Part shown: positions 59,784 to 64,000 of the stretch, piece by piece | Numbering within the stretch: position 1 is the stretch's first letter | How the letters are laid out: each line of letters opens with the position of its first letter | Source of the DNA: Acidobacteriota bacterium | GTDB taxonomy: Bacteria > Zixibacteria > MSB-5A5 > GN15 > FEB-12 | DNA: 64,000 nt | Assembly: GCA_035529075.1 (NCBI GenBank) | Contig: DATKXK010000005.1 | Location: 196,981 to 260,980, forward strand | Direction: 5' to 3' | Program-made: the position numbers and the translations under genes | Notes under the pieces: model-generated | The model's database searches: none | The model's input: the letters and a program-made list of their open reading frames with translations, nothing else | Told to the model about the DNA's origin: nothing

Positions 59784-60932
59784 ATGACACGCCGCTTGAT
59801 CTTCGTAATCGCCACCATTTGCCTGTGGAGTGCGCAGCTTGCCCACGGCCAGAATCTGCTTGATGGTCCTGATGGCGCCTCATACGATGAGGCCAACGAC
59901 AGATACCTGATTGCAAGCAGCCAGAATGCTGCTATCGTAGCCATTGATCAGGAGGGAGTGCAGAGCTATTTCCTCACCGGCCTCGGTAGTTACGTCTTTG
60001 GGGTCTTTATATCGGGTGACACCCTGTATGTTTCGGGCTCCGTTGGTGAGGTGAGAGCTTTCAACCTGAATTCGGCGGAACTCCTGTGGTTGAAATTCAT
60101 CGCCGGAGCCCACTACAATGGTGGCATGGCCATGGATAGCTCGGGGTATCTGTACATTGCCGATAACTTCGGGTTCGACAGCAAAATATACCGCATGAAT
60201 CCGAGCGATCAGACCTGGGTGACATTCGTCGGCTCCGGGCTGCCGGCGTTCACAACTGACTTGATCTACGATGAACCCAATAACCGTCTACTCGTCATCG
60301 GGTTCTATATGAACACACCAATTACCGCTGTCGATCTTGAAGATGCTACCTTGACGCCACTCGTCACGCCGCCGTCCATGAACCTGGGCGGGATTGCGAT
60401 GGACCACGATCGAAACGTCTATGTGTGCGAGTACTACAAAGGCACCATTTACATGTATGATCAGACTTTCACGAATCCACCGGCTGTAATCTCAGACGAC
60501 CACGGCAGTGCCAGCGGCATTGCTTATGATCATGTTCATGACATACTGATAGTACCGGATTTTATGAATCACCAGGTCGATTTCGTACATCTGAACGATA
60601 GCGACGGTGATATGATTGACGACCCCGATGACAACTGCGTCGATGATTACAATCCCGATCAGCTGGACCGTGACGGCGATGGCCTTGGCGACGCCTGTGA
60701 TTCCGTCTGCTGCGTCGGCGATGTCAGCGGAAACACAGACAACGACGCGTCGGAGATCGTAGATATCGGCGATCTGACCAAACTCATCAGCTATCTGTTC
60801 ATCACGTACGAGGAACCGGTTTGTTTGGGTGAAGCGAATGTCGACGGTGTTAGCAGTGTGGATATCGGCGATCTGACGCGCCTTATCGATTACCTGTTTA
60901 TCGCGCAAACACCGCCGGCCCCGTGCCTGTAG
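59784..60932 (+). CDS. Secreted beta-propeller (NHL/SMP-30-like) protein with TSP3-type Ca-binding repeats and a C-terminal dockerin-like repeat pair
   Basis: The start is trimmed to MTRRLIFVIATICLWSAQLAHG (signal). DDPDDNCVDDYNPDQLDRDGDGLGDACD is TSP3-like. The duplicated D.GDLT.LI.YLF segments are dockerin-like. Confidence 0.68.
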   Translation: MTRRLIFVIATICLWSAQLAHGQNLLDGPDGASYDEANDRYLIASSQNAAIVAIDQEGVQSYFLTGLGSYVFGVFISGDTLYVSGSVGEVRAFNLNSAELLWLKFIAGAHYNGGMAMDSSGYLYIADNFGFDSKIYRMNPSDQTWVTFVGSGLPAFTTDLIYDEPNNRLLVIGFYMNTPITAVDLEDATLTPLVTPPSMNLGGIAMDHDRNVYVCEYYKGTIYMYDQTFTNPPAVISDDHGSASGIAYDHVHDILIVPDFMNHQVDFVHLNDSDGDMIDDPDDNCVDDYNPDQLDRDGDGLGDACDSVCCVGDVSGNTDNDASEIVDIGDLTKLISYLFITYEEPVCLGEANVDGVSSVDIGDLTRLIDYLFIAQTPPAPCL

Positions 60933-61072
60933 ACGTTGCCCCTACTCTCCGGTGCGGGTCGCCAGGAGAATCCTCGCAACAGTCATTGATCTTCGAGTAT
61001 TCGTCACCGGTCGGTCGATCATACTATAGGCGACGCCGGCACGTTCTTATTGGTAGTATGTGATCGCGTCCA

Positions 61073-63340
61073 TCAGCTTCCTGCACGCAACCTCGACAAT
61101 CGGTCCCGGGCATCCGTGATTTCGGGGGGAGTGGCATCGGCATTGTCCCAACGGGACAGAAACGCCTCGTACTGCTCGATGGCTTTGTCCGGCCAGTTAG
61201 ACTCCTCGTACGTCTGACCGAGGAAATAGCGGGCTTTAACGAACCAGATGCCATAGTAGTATCGTTCGGCCGAGTAGTCGTCCCAGATTGCCTCAAAAGC
61301 ATCGCTCGCTTGACTCAGGTGCCCGTCTGCAAGATAGGCCCGGGCCAACCAGTACCGAACCGGAAAATGTAGGCTGCCCGAGTGAATTTCAGTGAAGGCA
61401 CTGATCGCTGATGCGATCCTGCCCTGGCTGAAGTCGATATAGCCACGCAGATACCAGTAGTTCCACGGCAGCGAACTGTCCGACATGTGCTCCGAGCGAA
61501 TCACTTCAAGGGCGGACTCGGCCTGCGCAAGTTGGCCCGCGTCGGTCAACGTCTGAACCCGATCGGTGCGACAGAGCAGCCTGGCCCCTGCGCTGATCGG
61601 TTCGCCAATCTGCTCACAGGCTTCGATAGTGGCAATTGCCTGCCTGAAGTCGCCGAGTTCGGCCAGTATGCGGGCTTTCATGAGCCGCTTTCTCACTGCC
61701 GCTTCAAATTGACGGTCGGTCATGTCAACCGCTGCCATGCTGTCCAGCACGGCCAGAGTGCTGGTGAACTGCCCCTGGGCCAGTGGAACGTAGGCCAGAA
61801 ATTCCCGGGCACGCGCGCGCAAGCCGTCTTCTCCACGCAGGGCGCATACGCGGTAACAGCTGTCGGCGCGCTCGTAGTCTTGCTTGAGAAGGTAGAGGTG
61901 GCCGCAGGTCTGGAGCGTAGTGAAGTGGTCCGGCTTTATTCTCAGAGCTTGCAGATACGATTTAAGAGCTGCATCGACGTCACCATGGTGCAGGAAGAGA
62001 TCACCGCGGGTGTCATACGGGTTGGGTTCATCGGGAGCAATCTCGATATAGCGGTTGACCGACAGGATGGCCCGTTCCCAATCGCCGGTGTTGTCGTAGG
62101 CGTAGGCCAGCGAGTTGTAGGCACTGCGATAGAACGGATTGACTCTGAGGGCCGCCTCGAAATACGGTATCGCTTCTCTGACCTTGCCGGTCATCCGCTG
62201 GATGAAGCCCAGCTGCCAGAAGGCATACGCTTCATCGGGGTACTCCTCGATCAAATCTTGAAGGAGACTGATGGCCAGGGCCGTATCCCCGCGAATGAGA
62301 TGATACCGGCTCTCGATGTAGTGTTTCTCTTTTTGGCTGGCGTGTTCACTGTACTTCCGGGCCTGCTCAATCAAATCCCGGTTTCGGGACTGCGAAAGGT
62401 AGTAGTAAGCCATCGCAAAAGTCGAATCATACTCCAGTGCCCGCTCGAACTCTGCGATTCCCTCGGCTGTGTAGAAACGAGTGACGAATTCGACGCCGCT
62501 AAGATAGTGTCGAAACGCATCGGCCGAGTGGGTGGTGATGTCAGAAATCGGAAGGTCCGTCGCCTCCCGGGCCAGGATCGGCAGCGGAAGGTCCAGTCGA
62601 ATCTGCGCGCTCAATCTGTCGATCACCGAGAAAATGTCTTCATCCGGCCCACCGGTCACGCGCTGGGTCGACAGAACGTTGCCCGTTGTCACCTCAGCCA
62701 GCCGCGAGGTTATGACGATTCCGGAGTCTACCCGGAGTAGTTCTCCGGTCAGGATCCAGTTGGCTCGCGCCTCGCGGGCCAACTCGATGGCAGCTTCCGG
62801 CCGCTGGATTTCGCTTCTGTCAATGCCTCGGGCACTCGCCAGATCGAGCATGTACGCGCTGGATATAACCCGCAGGTACTTCGATTCGCCCAAATCGGCG
62901 ATAAGCAGATTAGTGGCAATATCACTCAAGTGATCCTGATCCTGCGGCTCGGCCACGTTCGTGAACTGGAGGACCGCGAGCCGGTTATCAGATGCCACAG
63001 CTTCATTGTCGGTACGGATGTCGACCTGCCAGTCAACGAGTAACAGGAGGAGCAGAATCGCCGCCGCCACGGGCATAGAATACTTCCACCGGCTCCAGAT
63101 CCGTTTCCTCAACGGCGCCGCACCGGCCGCTTCCTTTTCCGCCAGCGAAATCGCGTAATCGTGAATCTCCGGGTCGTGACGAACCAGTTCGGCGACGTCG
63201 AGGTTCTTCTCCGCACGCAAACAGCAGAACTCACATTCGATCAGATGCTGCTCAAAGGCCCTGCTTTCTTCCTCAGATAGCATCCCCAGTTCATAAGCGT
63301 AGAGCATGTCACCATACTGCTTGTCGATACACCGACTCAT
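61073..63340 (-). CDS. Large membrane-spanning ZAS anti-sigma factor with periplasmic TolB-N-like and TPR domains
   Basis: N-terminal HLIECEFC fits H-x3-C-x2-C. A single TM segment is followed by about 620 aa containing many TPR-like repeats. ATGA overlap with the sigma gene. Confidence 0.72.
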   Translation of the reverse strand: MSRCIDKQYGDMLYAYELGMLSEEESRAFEQHLIECEFCCLRAEKNLDVAELVRHDPEIHDYAISLAEKEAAGAAPLRKRIWSRWKYSMPVAAAILLLLLLVDWQVDIRTDNEAVASDNRLAVLQFTNVAEPQDQDHLSDIATNLLIADLGESKYLRVISSAYMLDLASARGIDRSEIQRPEAAIELAREARANWILTGELLRVDSGIVITSRLAEVTTGNVLSTQRVTGGPDEDIFSVIDRLSAQIRLDLPLPILAREATDLPISDITTHSADAFRHYLSGVEFVTRFYTAEGIAEFERALEYDSTFAMAYYYLSQSRNRDLIEQARKYSEHASQKEKHYIESRYHLIRGDTALAISLLQDLIEEYPDEAYAFWQLGFIQRMTGKVREAIPYFEAALRVNPFYRSAYNSLAYAYDNTGDWERAILSVNRYIEIAPDEPNPYDTRGDLFLHHGDVDAALKSYLQALRIKPDHFTTLQTCGHLYLLKQDYERADSCYRVCALRGEDGLRARAREFLAYVPLAQGQFTSTLAVLDSMAAVDMTDRQFEAAVRKRLMKARILAELGDFRQAIATIEACEQIGEPISAGARLLCRTDRVQTLTDAGQLAQAESALEVIRSEHMSDSSLPWNYWYLRGYIDFSQGRIASAISAFTEIHSGSLHFPVRYWLARAYLADGHLSQASDAFEAIWDDYSAERYYYGIWFVKARYFLGQTYEESNWPDKAIEQYEAFLSRWDNADATPPEITDARDRLSRLRAGS

Positions 63341-63933
63341 GAGCCCTCATCCTCCTGACTGAGACACTTCTCCAGCATCGTTCGCGCTCGCGACAGAGTG
63401 ACCCAGCAGTTGTTACGGGTAATCCCCAGACGAAGGCATATCTCGTCCGTCGTATAACCCTGAAAGTGAAGGCTGAGGATGCGGGCGTGCCGCCGGTGCG
63501 TCTGATGAATCTTCCTAAAGCAGGTCTTGATCCTCACCTTGAGCATTGGATCCGGGTCGCTCACTACTGCTCCTGTCCGCCGTTGGCCTAGCTGCCTTAT
63601 CTTGTCAGTACGGATCTTCTTTAGCCTGAAATGATCCACGATCTTGTTATGCAGAATCCTGTATGCCCAGGCGGCAAAACTCGACTCGACCGTGAGTTCG
63701 TCAAATTTAGCCACCACGGCGAGAAGGGCATCCTGGGCAACATCCTCAGCGTCCTCATCCCCCCACATTCGATGTCGAATAATAACCCGAAAACATACAA
63801 GAAGGCGGGCATATAAGCTGGCCCTGGCGGCGGCATCACCACCATGGGCCAGAGAATACAATTCGTCGATGCCTGACATCGGTTCCATCGCCGGTCCCAT
63901 AATAGTACGACCGTTTCGCTTTATCAACAGCAT
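63337..63933 (-). CDS. ECF-type sigma-70 family factor
   Basis: Region 2 is DAEDVAQDALLAV...FAAWAYRILHN and region 4 is YTTDEICLRLGITRNNCWVTLSRAR. Several in-frame Met codons leave the start uncertain. Confidence 0.8.
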   Translation of the reverse strand: MLLIKRNGRTIMGPAMEPMSGIDELYSLAHGGDAAARASLYARLLVCFRVIIRHRMWGDEDAEDVAQDALLAVVAKFDELTVESSFAAWAYRILHNKIVDHFRLKKIRTDKIRQLGQRRTGAVVSDPDPMLKVRIKTCFRKIHQTHRRHARILSLHFQGYTTDEICLRLGITRNNCWVTLSRARTMLEKCLSQEDEGS

Positions 63934-64000
63934 TTCTCGATGGCTTTGATCAGGGGATTCCGATCAGCCCGGCCGGACCGGCACGCACTCGTTTTCGTAG

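Overview
A 64 kb stretch of high-G+C chromosomal DNA from a diderm bacterium, shown by LptF/LptG, beta-barrel outer-membrane proteins and a LolA-like protein. I cannot assign the lineage by eye. It is densely packed, with about 60 protein genes, many joined by ATGA/TGATG overlaps. Most are housekeeping: serA-like/serC, asnS, tmk, obg, dprA, ptsH/ptsI, a PGI/PMI-type isomerase, metK/ahcY, lptFG, murQ and several peptidases. I saw no rRNA, tRNA, CRISPR array, transposase or integrase. All calls come from motif recognition in the supplied translations and hand inspection of the DNA; no database search was run. The items most worth a second look are these. (1) Three tandem paralogous sRNA-like modules sit on the + strand at 24.6-25.2 kb, with a covarying stem, a C-rich anti-Shine-Dalgarno loop and a T-run. 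They lie next to an ECF sigma/ZAS anti-sigma pair that heads an MMPL exporter, LolA-like and outer-membrane barrel cluster. (2) A tightly coupled operon of four unrecognisable membrane proteins plus a lipoprotein lies at 43.7-47.8 kb and shows an apparent [2-TM + soluble domain][polytopic] x2 architecture. (3) An overlapping five-gene operon at 9.6-13.1 kb combines a degenerate DprA/SLOG paralogue, YigZ, a PfkB kinase, a PAP2 phosphatase and a macrodomain. (4) Inositol-related genes (Ino1 with a histone-like basic tail, a CDP-alcohol transferase) occur alongside a serine-palmitoyltransferase-like gene. (5) A nucleotidyltransferase is fused to a phosphohexomutase-like domain that has lost its catalytic motifs. 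(6) Two lower-G+C patches carry orphan secreted proteins.
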